A stretch of 44,651 bases of DNA, taken from IMG/VR virus record IMGVR_UViG_3300042691_019384, positions 1 through 44,651 of that record; one strand, 5' to 3'. A program made the translations under genes and the position numbers. The notes beneath the pieces were generated by a model. It made no database searches. It worked only from the letters and a program-made list of their open reading frames with translations, and was not told where the DNA came from. Shown piece by piece: positions 10,501 through 19,868 of the stretch. Position 1 is the first letter of the stretch. Each line of letters opens with the position of its first letter. The DNA is from a virus. Taxonomy: Duplodnaviria; Heunggongvirae; Uroviricota; Caudoviricetes.

Positions 10501-11889
10501 AAAATTATAAGTGGTCAAGTAGTTGAAAGTGAAAGCTGTAAACCAAAAATAACTCCAACCAACTTAAACCCAACCAGACCAGATGCTAAAGCCTGTAAAG
10601 AAGGTAGATATGTAACAATTACTTTCAACACAAACCCAGAAAAGGCATCAGAAGAAGTTAAACCAGATAACACAACAACAACAACAACAACAATAACTGA
10701 AACTATAAAAGATACTGATGGTAGATATAATTTTTACAATGAACTTAATTTCTTTGAAAAGTTAGAAAAAGGTGATTGTAATAATGAAGGTGGTTCGTTT
10801 ATTTTTGATAGTTTTAGAGAAAAGATAAAATATTTTCATCCAGCGTTCCATTCAACAACACCAGAAGGTTTAAATTCTAGGTTAACATTTTTACATCAAT
10901 GCACTAGACAAGGGGCGACAAAAGAAGAACAAGGAGCTGATAACTTAGCTTTTGGTAGAGCACCTATATGTATATTAAGAATTGGTGATTTCTTTCACAC
11001 AAAAATAGCTATTGATAGTTTAAGTATTGATTATGAACCATTAGTTTGGGATTTAAACCCAGAAGGTATTGGTGTTCAACCAATGATTGCAAAAGTTACA
11101 TTAGGTCTTAAGATTATTGGTGGTTCATCATTAAATGGTCCTTTAAATAAATTACAAAACGCATTATCTTTTAATTATTATGCAAATACTGAAGTTTATG
11201 ACCCAAGGGCTGATTACATAGAAATTGATACTAGTGGAAATGGTACGATTAAGAATGGTATTAAAAATGCAAATGATTCATTTGAACCATTTTCTACTAC
11301 AGATGATAAATTTAAGGGTGGTAGTGGCAGTGGTAGTGATATTGGTAAATCTTTAAGTTATAACCCATCAAATCAAACTCAAGAAGCTGATAAACAACTT
11401 AATGGAGAAGTACCATCACAATCAGGTACAACAAGTGAACCTAAAATAACAAGGATACAAGAAGCTGATTGGCTTATTGAACAATCCAATATAACTAATT
11501 TATTACTTAAAATAAAATTAGAAAGTCAAAATATATTTGATGCTAATGGTAATTTTGTTACTGGAATGAATGACGATAAATTTAATAAATTAATAAAAAA
11601 AGGTGTTAATATAACAATAAATGAAGAAATAACTTATCCAGACCCAAATCAAATAACAATTTTTGGTGAACAAGAAACAAATATAACTGATATTAAAACA
11701 ATTTATAGTAATGTATTCACAGATAGTGAAAATATAAAAAAAATATTGTTAAATGGTAATATAATAGAAATAATAAATAAGGATACATTAGAAAATAATT
11801 ATAAAAAAGATTATAAACTTATAGTAAAATATAATAATAATAATATAGGTAATAAAAATTTAACTAACCCATTTTTAAACTTAAAATAA
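7531..11889 (+). CDS. Large baseplate / tail-tube initiator protein (two gp48/gp54-like segments) with an inserted OmpA-like domain
   Basis: Tube-initiator-like motifs WFPPYDINFSESVSVQWESTNFIGRGEPIYTYNNTERTGTLSF and PICILRIGDFFHTKIAIDSLSIDYEP. OmpA-like segment at about 9976-10626. Lies between the tape measure and the LysM wedge gene. Confidence 0.6.
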   Translation: MPIFYNTSEPTPGNKNTITDIATNFGIRDFLLNKKLQPRYPQISTNVNGSPRIGEPVLDTVVGTNSNITPDFSPIEEYSANNAQDSFGRNTFRPDQDTRTNPYVTVDYIQDINNPQFGDAEWPHGTQQYPESATDEVSQYGIIGKTNNAGYREFNTAKNEYLDASEQTDAQIQTESQITKQINGYLNEYGALNLGQGGAVQASNVIGSLLNGQGLGFSNEGLVTNFDLRSTLAGRALGLTGVLNDTELGIIGAQQLAVALGNNAAFNVQQEILGSLNVGENILNLIKEGTSPVFRPNYKITVPGDTLGRVADYTSRILGFTLPKSYLQDSGSIFQYENGNSENIARANAMLDNTGKGQIKALITNVNGSLQGIYGIDNPSLATFRSGYAAGYTNDRDIKSNDYNIYAYYNGNGTLINPLSINDRIIPDLNYNKRKIDEYGFYGFEDVLPNITKYNGRTPKTTTFTWVSDNQSQDTPSPLQTGPLNRVNDSTTTIPFLPVSNVFPDEYNGKNLKKTLLKKTQKLFNSSSNRNIVSVKGDTELRDSTQISTANGNATSKGSAVLKSGQFTNYTFNGVGGSADDIFCRSWVATNRYDSIGNLIRRSALLKDNMPYRNDKFNPNLSVLEDTGFVKIAPYTSDFDQNGPIITRKANVKNYMFSIENLAWNDNYPDLPAGERGPGDTTTNRKGRIMWFPPYDINFSESVSVQWESTNFIGRGEPIYTYNNTERTGTLSFSIIVDHPTYANAFKNKNNRPDDNYIASFFAGCCILPDETLTNELIATKIREKITQKTEQTQNSSATSEEQKTASEEKVPMNSFKIYFPNDYPSQNDINVSVDKILNGGIGSTTNKYESGFNLNTPIDYTINAAGVEGYPPGVNDPTSKWGGIGNFDGGYTSNTDFTDKTNFGLNGVNQKLSIDGKPYTLQDPNFFTDLKKHLDDKCKTCTITIQGFATIQGGVDKEKGNRDQTELTNYRSQAVEYYLKNTVGITNDIKIISGQVVESESCKPKITPTNLNPTRPDAKACKEGRYVTITFNTNPEKASEEVKPDNTTTTTTTITETIKDTDGRYNFYNELNFFEKLEKGDCNNEGGSFIFDSFREKIKYFHPAFHSTTPEGLNSRLTFLHQCTRQGATKEEQGADNLAFGRAPICILRIGDFFHTKIAIDSLSIDYEPLVWDLNPEGIGVQPMIAKVTLGLKIIGGSSLNGPLNKLQNALSFNYYANTEVYDPRADYIEIDTSGNGTIKNGIKNANDSFEPFSTTDDKFKGGSGSGSDIGKSLSYNPSNQTQEADKQLNGEVPSQSGTTSEPKITRIQEADWLIEQSNITNLLLKIKLESQNIFDANGNFVTGMNDDKFNKLIKKGVNITINEEITYPDPNQITIFGEQETNITDIKTIYSNVFTDSENIKKILLNGNIIEIINKDTLENNYKKDYKLIVKYNNNNIGNKNLTNPFLNLK

Positions 11890-12212
11890 TGGCACAATAT
11901 TTTGATAGATATTCAGACTTTAAGATTGGTGATAATATCATAAAACCAGTACCTGGTATTGTAATCCCAGAAGACCCTAATGATAAATATGCTTTATATA
12001 AAAAAGGCAATACAAGACTTGACAATGTTAGTAATGAGTATTATAATAATCCTTATAGCGGTTGGTTAATTTTGTTAGCTAATCCACAATTTGGTGGGTT
12101 AGAATTTAATATACCAGATATGACAGTATTAAGGATTCCTTTTCCATATAGTTCTGGTTTATCTAGGTATGTAACACAAGTTAATAACCATAAAACATTG
12201 TATGGCATCTGA
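11889..12212 (+). CDS. LysM-like baseplate wedge protein (T4 gp53 / tail protein X-like)
   Basis: TRLDNVSNEYYNNPYSGWLILLANP..FNIPDMTVLRIPFP pattern; canonical position. Confidence 0.75.
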   Translation: MAQYFDRYSDFKIGDNIIKPVPGIVIPEDPNDKYALYKKGNTRLDNVSNEYYNNPYSGWLILLANPQFGGLEFNIPDMTVLRIPFPYSSGLSRYVTQVNNHKTLYGI

Positions 12213-15200
12213 ATCTATTAATAAAAATAAAACTGGTTGTTCTGTAAATGGAATAACAATAATTGACCCTAATGATGGTAGAGATTTTTTGGATTCAACT
12301 AATAATGTTCCTATTCAAAATGAAGAATTAAACATATCAGTTCAGTTAAGAACTACTACAAGAGGTAGAACAATTTTCAGAGCGTCAGGACAACAACAAA
12401 CAACTGAAGAGACAGGTGGTGTCACTATTTCATTTATTGGTGATGATAGTATAGAAAGTAAAAATAAATCATTAACGACAAACTATACATTATTAACAAC
12501 ATCATTTGATAATAATGAAAGAGATAATGATGAAAATTTTGGTATAACTGATATTAATATTGAATTCGATACTTCTTACCATCCTATGGTAACAATTAAC
12601 TTTGTTGATATTAGAGGTAGTGCTATATTTCAAAATGATTATCAATTAAATAAGAACAAATATCGTGTATTATTTGATTTTCCATATCCATTATATGAAT
12701 TAACTATTAAAGGTTATTTTGGTAAACCTGTTAAATATTGTCTACACATGACAAATTTTTCTTCTAAATTTAATTCACAAACAGGTAATTTTGAAATAAC
12801 GGCTAAATTTATTGGTTATACTTATGCAATGTTAGCTGATATGTTACTAGGTTATTTATCGGTTATTAATTATACTGATTTAGGTAAAGAAGAATATAAA
12901 AACAGTAATATACCAACAATTGATGAATTTATAAAACAAGTACAAGATTTTAATAATGACCTAACTAAATTATCGCAAAACACTGAAGCTTCAAAAACAA
13001 AAGAAAAATTAGAAGATTGTGAAAATATAATAAATCAAATTAAAGACCAAATAACTACTTTAGGTTCAACAGTAGAAACAACTTTTGTTGTTGAAGATAA
13101 AAAACCTAATAACACCAACGATTTATTGGATTTTTATAAAATAATATTATCTGGTAATGATGATAAAACACAAATAGATATATATAATAACTCAATTAAA
13201 GATTTAATAAATACTTTTAATACCGATAACACAATAAAATTAAATGAAAATCTTTTATCCTTAGAATTTAGTAAAAAAATAACGATAAACGATATTAAAA
13301 ATGGTGCTATAAGTTTTGGTCCTATTACTAGTTCATCAATAGAAGTAAAAAAACAAGAACTTATTGATTTAATTAAAAATAAATCAACATTAACAGACAC
13401 TCAAGAATTTTTTTATATTGATACAAGAGTAGCAATAAGTGCTTTAAATGAAATAACATCAGAAATAAATTTAGCTAAAGATAAAAATACGATAGAGTTT
13501 AATCAACAAATAGAAAACTTAGCAAGTAATTCAAATTTTACACCTACTATAAAATATGTTACATCAATTTTCACTAAAGCTATTGAAACTTTTTTAAAAG
13601 TTATTTTTAAAGTTTCAGTTAGTGCTGAAAAAAACCAAGAAAGAAAAAATATATTAAAAGAAACTTTTTCTAGTGATTACTACAAAAATGATTATAGTAA
13701 CAACGATAATAAAAATAATAATTATTATCCTTGGCCTTCTTATTTTGAAAAAGGTACTAACCAAGGTGATTCATATGTTGAAAAATATTTAGGGTCAGCT
13801 CAAAACATAAAAGGTAATAATGAAAGTAAAATAGATGAGTTATTATTTGTTGAAAATTTATTACAAGCGTTTATAGAGAGAGAGAAACAAAAAAGGCTTG
13901 AAGAAATAGCAACTTCTAATTTAGAAAAAAATTGGATACCTGTTAATCCAGCTGACACTATATTATTTGGTGTTGATAAAACACCTTATTCTAGATTGGA
14001 CACACAATCAAATGATTTTGCTTCATTAAAAACATTACTTTTAATGCGAGCTATAACTTTTTTAGGTTATAGTAACAATGAAACTAATTTAACAAATGAT
14101 GAAATAACAAAAATGGCTGAAGCTGAGGCTAGTTTGTTAAGTGAAATCCAAGATAAACAATTGATTATAGCATTAATAAATGATTTAGCAACCCCTAATA
14201 CATTTATAACAAATACAAAAGGTACATTTGGTTTTAATAAACCTATTATTGTTGATGACGGTCAAAATTATAAATATGATTTTATACAATATCGTGATGC
14301 AAATGATTCACCATATAAAGTATTACCAATACAAAATGATTTTAACCCTAATGAAACAACTTCATTTACAAAATGGCCATCACCAAAAAAACAAAGCAGT
14401 GAAATAATAAAAGATTTAAATGTTAAATCAGAAACTAGCGTTTTTTTAACTAATTATAGTGCTGAAAATAGTTTATTAAAAGGTTTAAATGGTGGTGTTT
14501 ATATTAAGATATTTAATTTAGATGATTTTTATAATCAAGCAAATTTAAAAGAATTAAAATATGAAGTTCCAACTGATAATGTTATTTCTTTATCTGGGTT
14601 AAAAGATTCAAGTGCAAATAGTGCTGGACTTAATTCTTTTGGTGGTAGTTATGGTATTCAAGAATTTGTTAAAATGAATTTTGATGATGAAAATTTGGGT
14701 GAATCAGATTTAAAATATATGTTTTATCATTCAAATAGTTTTAACTCAATTTGTAAACCTAGAACTAATGATGATAAAAGTCCTTATGATTTAAGTAATA
14801 ATGTTATACCAATAGTAACTGATTATTCTGATATAGTAACTGCAAAACAAAACACACCAATGTATAAAGATGATAAATCATTTGGTAAAATAAGGAACTT
14901 TTTAATTGAAAATGAAACTGATATAACATATCCTTTTGTAAAACAAATTTTTAGAGGTGAAGATGGTGTACGTGTAAATAATCCTATTAGTTTGTTTATA
15001 AACGCTTTTTCTAATTATTATGGTTTTAGTTTATTTGGTTCTTCTTTTTATTATTCACAAGAAGACACAACACCATATAGAAAAATAGTTGGTAATTATA
15101 GCAAGGCATTATTATTTTTAAATACATTACCTTTCACTTATTATAAAGAAGGTGTTTTTCAAGACACAATAAATATATTCACAACCGAAGTTTTAAATCT

Positions 15201-17691
15201 TTTTAATAAAAAAGCTTCTTTTATACATGTACCAAAACTTTGGTGTGCTTTTATAGGTGGTTTAATTTGGAGAAATGATAAATCACTTTATACTTTAGAC
15301 AATAATCTAAGAATAGTTGGTGGTGGTTCTGGTAGTATAGACCCAATAAATTGGTCAGAGTTATTTAGTCAAGGTGATGTTTGGACACCTAATAGAAACG
15401 ATTTATTTAGTATTATAGTACTCAATAAATTTGTTCCATTAATTTCAAACATAACATTTAAAAAAGATTATGATGAAATATTAGAATCATTACCAGCTCA
15501 AGTTAAAGAAGAATTTAAAAAAATTTTTTTTGATTTTGTTAATAACGATTGGCAAGATTTTAAAACAAAATTAGAAATACATAATGGTGATGTGGTAACG
15601 TTTAAATCAAAAGTAGATTTGTTAACAACACTAACAAATGTTAGCAAAACAACATTAGAAAAAACATTCAATCTAACATATTATAACAATATTATAATTA
15701 ATAATGTAGAACAAAATACTAAATATTTTATAGAACTAGAATTAAAAGGTAAATATAATACAATTATTAATGGAGAAACAACACCAGTAACTCTTATTAT
15801 TGATGGGTTAAAGGAAGAAGTTGTTATTGCTAACACTAGTTATAAAATATGGTTAGACCCAAAATTAGCTAATACTAGATATTCTGAAATAACATCTAAA
15901 AAAGAAAATTTAGAATTATATATAAAAACAATATATGATTTATTAAATGTAAAAAAAGAAGAATTAGCTAATGAAGATAAACAAGCACTACAAAAAACTT
16001 TTGGTACGGCTGATTTAAATATAATTAAGTTAAATTTATATAAATTTTGTAAAAACATAAATGATAAATGGGTTACAAGTTCTGAAGATGAAAATAAAAT
16101 AATTTATAAATGTACTGGTGATTATGCATCATTTAATAAAACTAATGGTGCGACATTATTAGATAGTTTTAGATTTGTTTCTAGAAGTTTTAGAGATATT
16201 GGTGATGTTTTTTATATAAACCCTTCTGAAATACCAAACACTATAAACACAAACCCTAATATAAGTTTTTATAATTTTTATGCTAAGTTATTAACTGATA
16301 ATAATTTTGATTTTATACCATTACCAACATTTATAAATTATCGTGATGAAGAAGAATTAAAATCGGTTTTTAAAACGTTTCCAGATTGGTATGATAAAAC
16401 ACCAACATGTGGACCAACATTTATTTGTATTTATTCTGGAGAAAAGTCTAGAGCGTTAGATTTAAGTGATTCGGCTAATTTAAAAAATGATGGTTTTGAT
16501 TTTATATGTCCATCAAATAATAGTACTATACCATCAGATTTTGATAACACTGGAACTGAAAATGGTTTAGCTGTTTTTAAAGTTAATTATAGCCAACAAA
16601 ATCAAAGTATATTTACAGATATTGAATTAGACCAAAGCGAATTTAAAGAAACTGATGAATCACTTAGAACTACTTCAGATTTGGTCGATAATAAATCTGA
16701 AAATAATAGAACATTTATTGGACAAAATTTATATAACGTATATAATGTTAGAAGTTATTCCGCAAAAGTAAGCATGTTAGGTAACCCTATGATACAACCA
16801 ATGATGTATTTTCAATTAAATAATATACCAATGTTTCATGGTGCTTATTTAATAACAAATGTATCACATAATATAAAACCTAATTACATGACAACATCAT
16901 TTACTGGTCAAAGAATTAAATATTCTCAATTACCTCTAGTTGATAGACAATCTTTATTTGTAAATATAAGTAAAGCGTTAGGTTATAGTACACCAAGTGA
17001 GTTTATAAGTAATAGCAGTGCAGGTGAATCTGGTGCAATACCAGAAAAAGATTTAGGGTTCGATGACCCTATAAGAAGTTATATACGCTTAGGTAGAGGT
17101 GTTAATTTATTTCATGAAAAAGGTGATGTACATAAAGGTATTGATATACCAGCTAAAAAGGGTTCCGATTTGTATGCTATCTATAATGGTACAATAGAGA
17201 AAATAGCATATCAAGGGTCTGGTTCAGGGTATGGTCTTTATTTAATTATAAACCATGGTTTATTAAGTGATGGTTTTTATTATAAATCATTATATGGTCA
17301 TTTATCAGATATAGAATCAAATATAGTTGCTAATGTATCAAATAATAATTTAACACAAGATTTAAAAACAAAAATTTTAAGTAAATATTGGAATCCAGGT
17401 ATAAATGTTATTAAAAATCAAATAATAGCAAAAAGTGGTGGTGATGATAATAATCCATCATATTTAGGTGGTGATTTAAAACTACCTATGGAAGGAGAAT
17501 CAAGTGGTGCGCATTTACATTTTGAGATAAGACGAGGACAACAACAAGGTTTTGAATTTTTTAGTGGTGAAGTAGTAAATGTTGATACTTGTTTACCTTT
17601 AGGTAGAAAAAAACCAGAAGTAATTGGTGATATAGCAATTTTACCAGCACAAACATTACCAAGTATTGGAGATAAACAAATAAAAATATAA
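12202..17691 (+). CDS. Baseplate hub (gp27-like) protein fused to a C-terminal M23 peptidase
   Basis: 1829 aa. Hub-type motif SYSAKVSMLGNPMIQPMMYFQLNNIPMFHGAYLITNVSHNI. M23 Zn motifs HKGID (codon 17131), GYG..LIINH..LYGHL and HLHFEIR. Confidence 0.75.
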   Translation: MASESINKNKTGCSVNGITIIDPNDGRDFLDSTNNVPIQNEELNISVQLRTTTRGRTIFRASGQQQTTEETGGVTISFIGDDSIESKNKSLTTNYTLLTTSFDNNERDNDENFGITDINIEFDTSYHPMVTINFVDIRGSAIFQNDYQLNKNKYRVLFDFPYPLYELTIKGYFGKPVKYCLHMTNFSSKFNSQTGNFEITAKFIGYTYAMLADMLLGYLSVINYTDLGKEEYKNSNIPTIDEFIKQVQDFNNDLTKLSQNTEASKTKEKLEDCENIINQIKDQITTLGSTVETTFVVEDKKPNNTNDLLDFYKIILSGNDDKTQIDIYNNSIKDLINTFNTDNTIKLNENLLSLEFSKKITINDIKNGAISFGPITSSSIEVKKQELIDLIKNKSTLTDTQEFFYIDTRVAISALNEITSEINLAKDKNTIEFNQQIENLASNSNFTPTIKYVTSIFTKAIETFLKVIFKVSVSAEKNQERKNILKETFSSDYYKNDYSNNDNKNNNYYPWPSYFEKGTNQGDSYVEKYLGSAQNIKGNNESKIDELLFVENLLQAFIEREKQKRLEEIATSNLEKNWIPVNPADTILFGVDKTPYSRLDTQSNDFASLKTLLLMRAITFLGYSNNETNLTNDEITKMAEAEASLLSEIQDKQLIIALINDLATPNTFITNTKGTFGFNKPIIVDDGQNYKYDFIQYRDANDSPYKVLPIQNDFNPNETTSFTKWPSPKKQSSEIIKDLNVKSETSVFLTNYSAENSLLKGLNGGVYIKIFNLDDFYNQANLKELKYEVPTDNVISLSGLKDSSANSAGLNSFGGSYGIQEFVKMNFDDENLGESDLKYMFYHSNSFNSICKPRTNDDKSPYDLSNNVIPIVTDYSDIVTAKQNTPMYKDDKSFGKIRNFLIENETDITYPFVKQIFRGEDGVRVNNPISLFINAFSNYYGFSLFGSSFYYSQEDTTPYRKIVGNYSKALLFLNTLPFTYYKEGVFQDTINIFTTEVLNLFNKKASFIHVPKLWCAFIGGLIWRNDKSLYTLDNNLRIVGGGSGSIDPINWSELFSQGDVWTPNRNDLFSIIVLNKFVPLISNITFKKDYDEILESLPAQVKEEFKKIFFDFVNNDWQDFKTKLEIHNGDVVTFKSKVDLLTTLTNVSKTTLEKTFNLTYYNNIIINNVEQNTKYFIELELKGKYNTIINGETTPVTLIIDGLKEEVVIANTSYKIWLDPKLANTRYSEITSKKENLELYIKTIYDLLNVKKEELANEDKQALQKTFGTADLNIIKLNLYKFCKNINDKWVTSSEDENKIIYKCTGDYASFNKTNGATLLDSFRFVSRSFRDIGDVFYINPSEIPNTINTNPNISFYNFYAKLLTDNNFDFIPLPTFINYRDEEELKSVFKTFPDWYDKTPTCGPTFICIYSGEKSRALDLSDSANLKNDGFDFICPSNNSTIPSDFDNTGTENGLAVFKVNYSQQNQSIFTDIELDQSEFKETDESLRTTSDLVDNKSENNRTFIGQNLYNVYNVRSYSAKVSMLGNPMIQPMMYFQLNNIPMFHGAYLITNVSHNIKPNYMTTSFTGQRIKYSQLPLVDRQSLFVNISKALGYSTPSEFISNSSAGESGAIPEKDLGFDDPIRSYIRLGRGVNLFHEKGDVHKGIDIPAKKGSDLYAIYNGTIEKIAYQGSGSGYGLYLIINHGLLSDGFYYKSLYGHLSDIESNIVANVSNNNLTQDLKTKILSKYWNPGINVIKNQIIAKSGGDDNNPSYLGGDLKLPMEGESSGAHLHFEIRRGQQQGFEFFSGEVVNVDTCLPLGRKKPEVIGDIAILPAQTLPSIGDKQIKI

Positions 17692-17697
17692 AATTTT

Positions 17698-18171
17698 ATG
17701 ACAAATTACGAAAAAGCTTTCTTAGATTTATTGTCTTATTGTGAGGGAACATATGGTAAAAGTAAAAATGGTTACGATGTTTTATATTCAGCAAAACCCA
17801 GTGAGTTAAGAGTAATAAATAATTGGACTGAAGATACAACAATTATACATGGTAAAGAAAAATGGAAAGTCGCTATAAACAAAGATAAAACATTATTCAC
17901 TACAGCCGCTGGTAGGTATCAATTTATTGGGTCAACTTGGGAAGAAATGAATAATAAAATAAACGCACCTATGACTAAAGTAAATCAAGATAATGCAGCG
18001 TTAAAATTAATTAAAAGAATATTAGGTCAAAATTTTGATTTTAACATTACTAATGAAGCTGAAATGACTGAAGTAAGCAATAAATTAAAAACTACTTGGA
18101 CTTCTTTAAATAAATTTAAACCTGATAAAACATTATTATTATATAAACAAGCTTATTACAAATATAATTAA
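17698..18171 (+). CDS. Lambda R-like lytic transglycosylase / muramidase
   Basis: AFLDLLSYCEGT (catalytic Glu), YDVLY, TAAGRYQF..STW, QD.AAL.LI and W.SL motifs. Confidence 0.8.
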   Translation: MTNYEKAFLDLLSYCEGTYGKSKNGYDVLYSAKPSELRVINNWTEDTTIIHGKEKWKVAINKDKTLFTTAAGRYQFIGSTWEEMNNKINAPMTKVNQDNAALKLIKRILGQNFDFNITNEAEMTEVSNKLKTTWTSLNKFKPDKTLLLYKQAYYKYN

Positions 18172-18180
18172 TAAAAATAG

Positions 18181-18188
18181 TATATTTG
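18181..18188 (+). promoter_or_regulatory. Bacteroidota-type -7 box (TATATTTG)
   Basis: GTATATTTGT identical to the 7371 and 19815 sites; no clear TTG at the 20-nt spacing; 4 nt upstream of ATG 18193. Confidence 0.45.
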
Positions 18189-18192
18189 TAGT

Positions 18193-18822
18193 ATGAAAAT
18201 AGCAAATATAGTTTCTACTTCGAATATTTCATTACCTGAACAATTTAATATTGTTTCATCAATAGATGACATAATAGATAACCTACCAACACTTATTGTT
18301 GGATATGATTTAACAAAAAAATTGTTTAAAGACTTTGATATATTAAACAGAGAAATCAAACCTAATTTATATTGGACAGTTAAAAAAACAGAAGATAGAG
18401 ATAAATTCCAAGACGATTTGAATTGGTTTCAACATAAGTTATATAACGAATTAATAACAAATGTTAAATATATCATTATAGACCCAATACAACAAAATAA
18501 AAAAACAATTAAAAAGATAATCAATAAAATATATTCACTAAATAATATTATATCATATGAAAAAAATAATATGATTTATATATATTCAGATAACTTAATA
18601 TTCGGTGTTGATTTAAATCTATTAAAATACATAGGTATAAATATAAATAAAATAAAACAAAAAATAAAAAATATTAGTAATACCTACTTAATAGGTAATG
18701 ATATTATTTCACAATATAAACAATATATAGAATATATTAACAATAATGTAAAATATATACCATTTTTATATTTCATTTTTAATAAAGTAGAAGATAAATT
18801 AAACTTTTTTTATAAAACATAA
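18193..18822 (+). CDS. Hypothetical protein
   Basis: 209-aa ORF in the gene-dense + strand; no family recognised. Confidence 0.7.
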   Translation: MKIANIVSTSNISLPEQFNIVSSIDDIIDNLPTLIVGYDLTKKLFKDFDILNREIKPNLYWTVKKTEDRDKFQDDLNWFQHKLYNELITNVKYIIIDPIQQNKKTIKKIINKIYSLNNIISYEKNNMIYIYSDNLIFGVDLNLLKYIGININKIKQKIKNISNTYLIGNDIISQYKQYIEYINNNVKYIPFLYFIFNKVEDKLNFFYKT

Positions 18823-18830
18823 TATTTATT
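18823..18830 (+). promoter_or_regulatory. Putative late promoter (TATTTATT)
   Basis: Motif 19 nt upstream of ATG 18850. Confidence 0.55.
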
Positions 18831-18849
18831 AGTATAATAAATTTATATT

Positions 18850-19044
18850 ATGGAAAATAATACTAATAATCAGAACAACAAAAAAGATTTAAACAAAGCT
18901 CTTGATTTAATGATTGATGAAAACAATCAAGACCCTAATTTAGACTGTTCCTCTGGCGTATGCGTTATTAAAGGTGATAAAAGCATCGTAGAAAGAATTA
19001 ATAAAAAAATAATTACTGAAGATGGTAGACAACTATTGATTTGA
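18850..19044 (+). CDS. Small hypothetical protein (KIITEDGRQLL C-terminus)
   Basis: 64-aa ORF with its own late-type motif; stop is 1 nt before the next start. Confidence 0.65.
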   Translation: MENNTNNQNNKKDLNKALDLMIDENNQDPNLDCSSGVCVIKGDKSIVERINKKIITEDGRQLLI

Positions 19045-19045
19045 T

Positions 19046-19774
19046 ATGAAAAAAAATATTAACAAACAACTATTAAACGAAGAACTTAAAAGATTTAAGT
19101 TATTATTAGAATATGACTTTTATAATGAAGAAAAAGATGAAAAAGATGTTATATTAGGCTCATTATCAGAACAAGACGAAGAACCAGAACCAGGTGCTGA
19201 AGCAACTCCAGAACAACCTGCTGACACTGGTGCTGAAGAAACTCCAGAACAACCTATTGATGCTGGTGCTGATATGGGAACAGAACAACCTACTGATATG
19301 GCTGGTGATATGGGTGCTGATATGGGTATGGAACAACCTGCTGACATGGGTGGTGGAGAAGAAGATGTTGAAATAGATGTCACAGAATTAGTTAAAGGCT
19401 CTGAAGAAGCTAAAAGGTCAGCAGAAGAAGCAACAAGAAATACTGAAACCTTAATAAGTAAATTGGCTGATTTGGAAAGTAGATTGGCAAAAATGGATAA
19501 CATAACCAATAAAATCGATGACTTAGAAAGAGAAATGGTTAAAAGAAACCCAACACCAGTTGAAAAATTAGAATTAAGGTCTTTAAGCTCTTTCCCATAT
19601 AATCAAAAATTAACTGATTTTTGGGGTCAAAAACACGATGGTTATGAAGTCACTAGTGACACTAATAAAGAATATACATTAACTACTGATGATATTAATT
19701 ATGATTATAGCGACAACAACATAAGACAATCGTTTAGTGTTGACGATAATTCATACGAAGAAGAAGATATTTAA
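19046..19774 (+). CDS. Acidic coiled-coil protein, putative prohead core / scaffold
   Basis: LLNEELKRFKLLLEY N-terminus, EQPxD-type low-complexity repeats, heptad segment LISKLADLESRLAKMDNITNKIDDLE; very acidic. Confidence 0.5.
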   Translation: MKKNINKQLLNEELKRFKLLLEYDFYNEEKDEKDVILGSLSEQDEEPEPGAEATPEQPADTGAEETPEQPIDAGADMGTEQPTDMAGDMGADMGMEQPADMGGGEEDVEIDVTELVKGSEEAKRSAEEATRNTETLISKLADLESRLAKMDNITNKIDDLEREMVKRNPTPVEKLELRSLSSFPYNQKLTDFWGQKHDGYEVTSDTNKEYTLTTDDINYDYSDNNIRQSFSVDDNSYEEEDI

Positions 19775-19792
19775 AAAAAATATTTAAAATAC

Positions 19793-19823
19793 TTGATAAA
19801 CGTGTTTTAATTTAGTATATTTG
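19793..19823 (+). promoter_or_regulatory. Bacteroidota-type promoter (TTG-N20-TATATTTG) driving the replication genes
   Basis: TTG at 19793-19795 and TATATTTG at 19816-19823, upstream of the SSB gene. Confidence 0.7.
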
Positions 19824-19868
19824 TAAATATAGGTTAGTAAATAACGTTAAATTTTAAATATATTAAAA

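Noticed and set aside
10672-10695. (ACA)n microsatellite in the tube-initiator gene, and Gln-codon runs near 2225-2265
   Set aside because: In-frame triplet repeats encoding Thr- or Gln-rich linkers; length changes would not shift the frame, so there is no sign of phase variation.
2469-18171. Bacterial extracellular contractile injection system or tailocin locus
   Set aside because: The tail genes are interleaved with T4-type SSB, UvsX, exonuclease, helicase and ribonucleotide reductase genes, which indicates a replicating phage.
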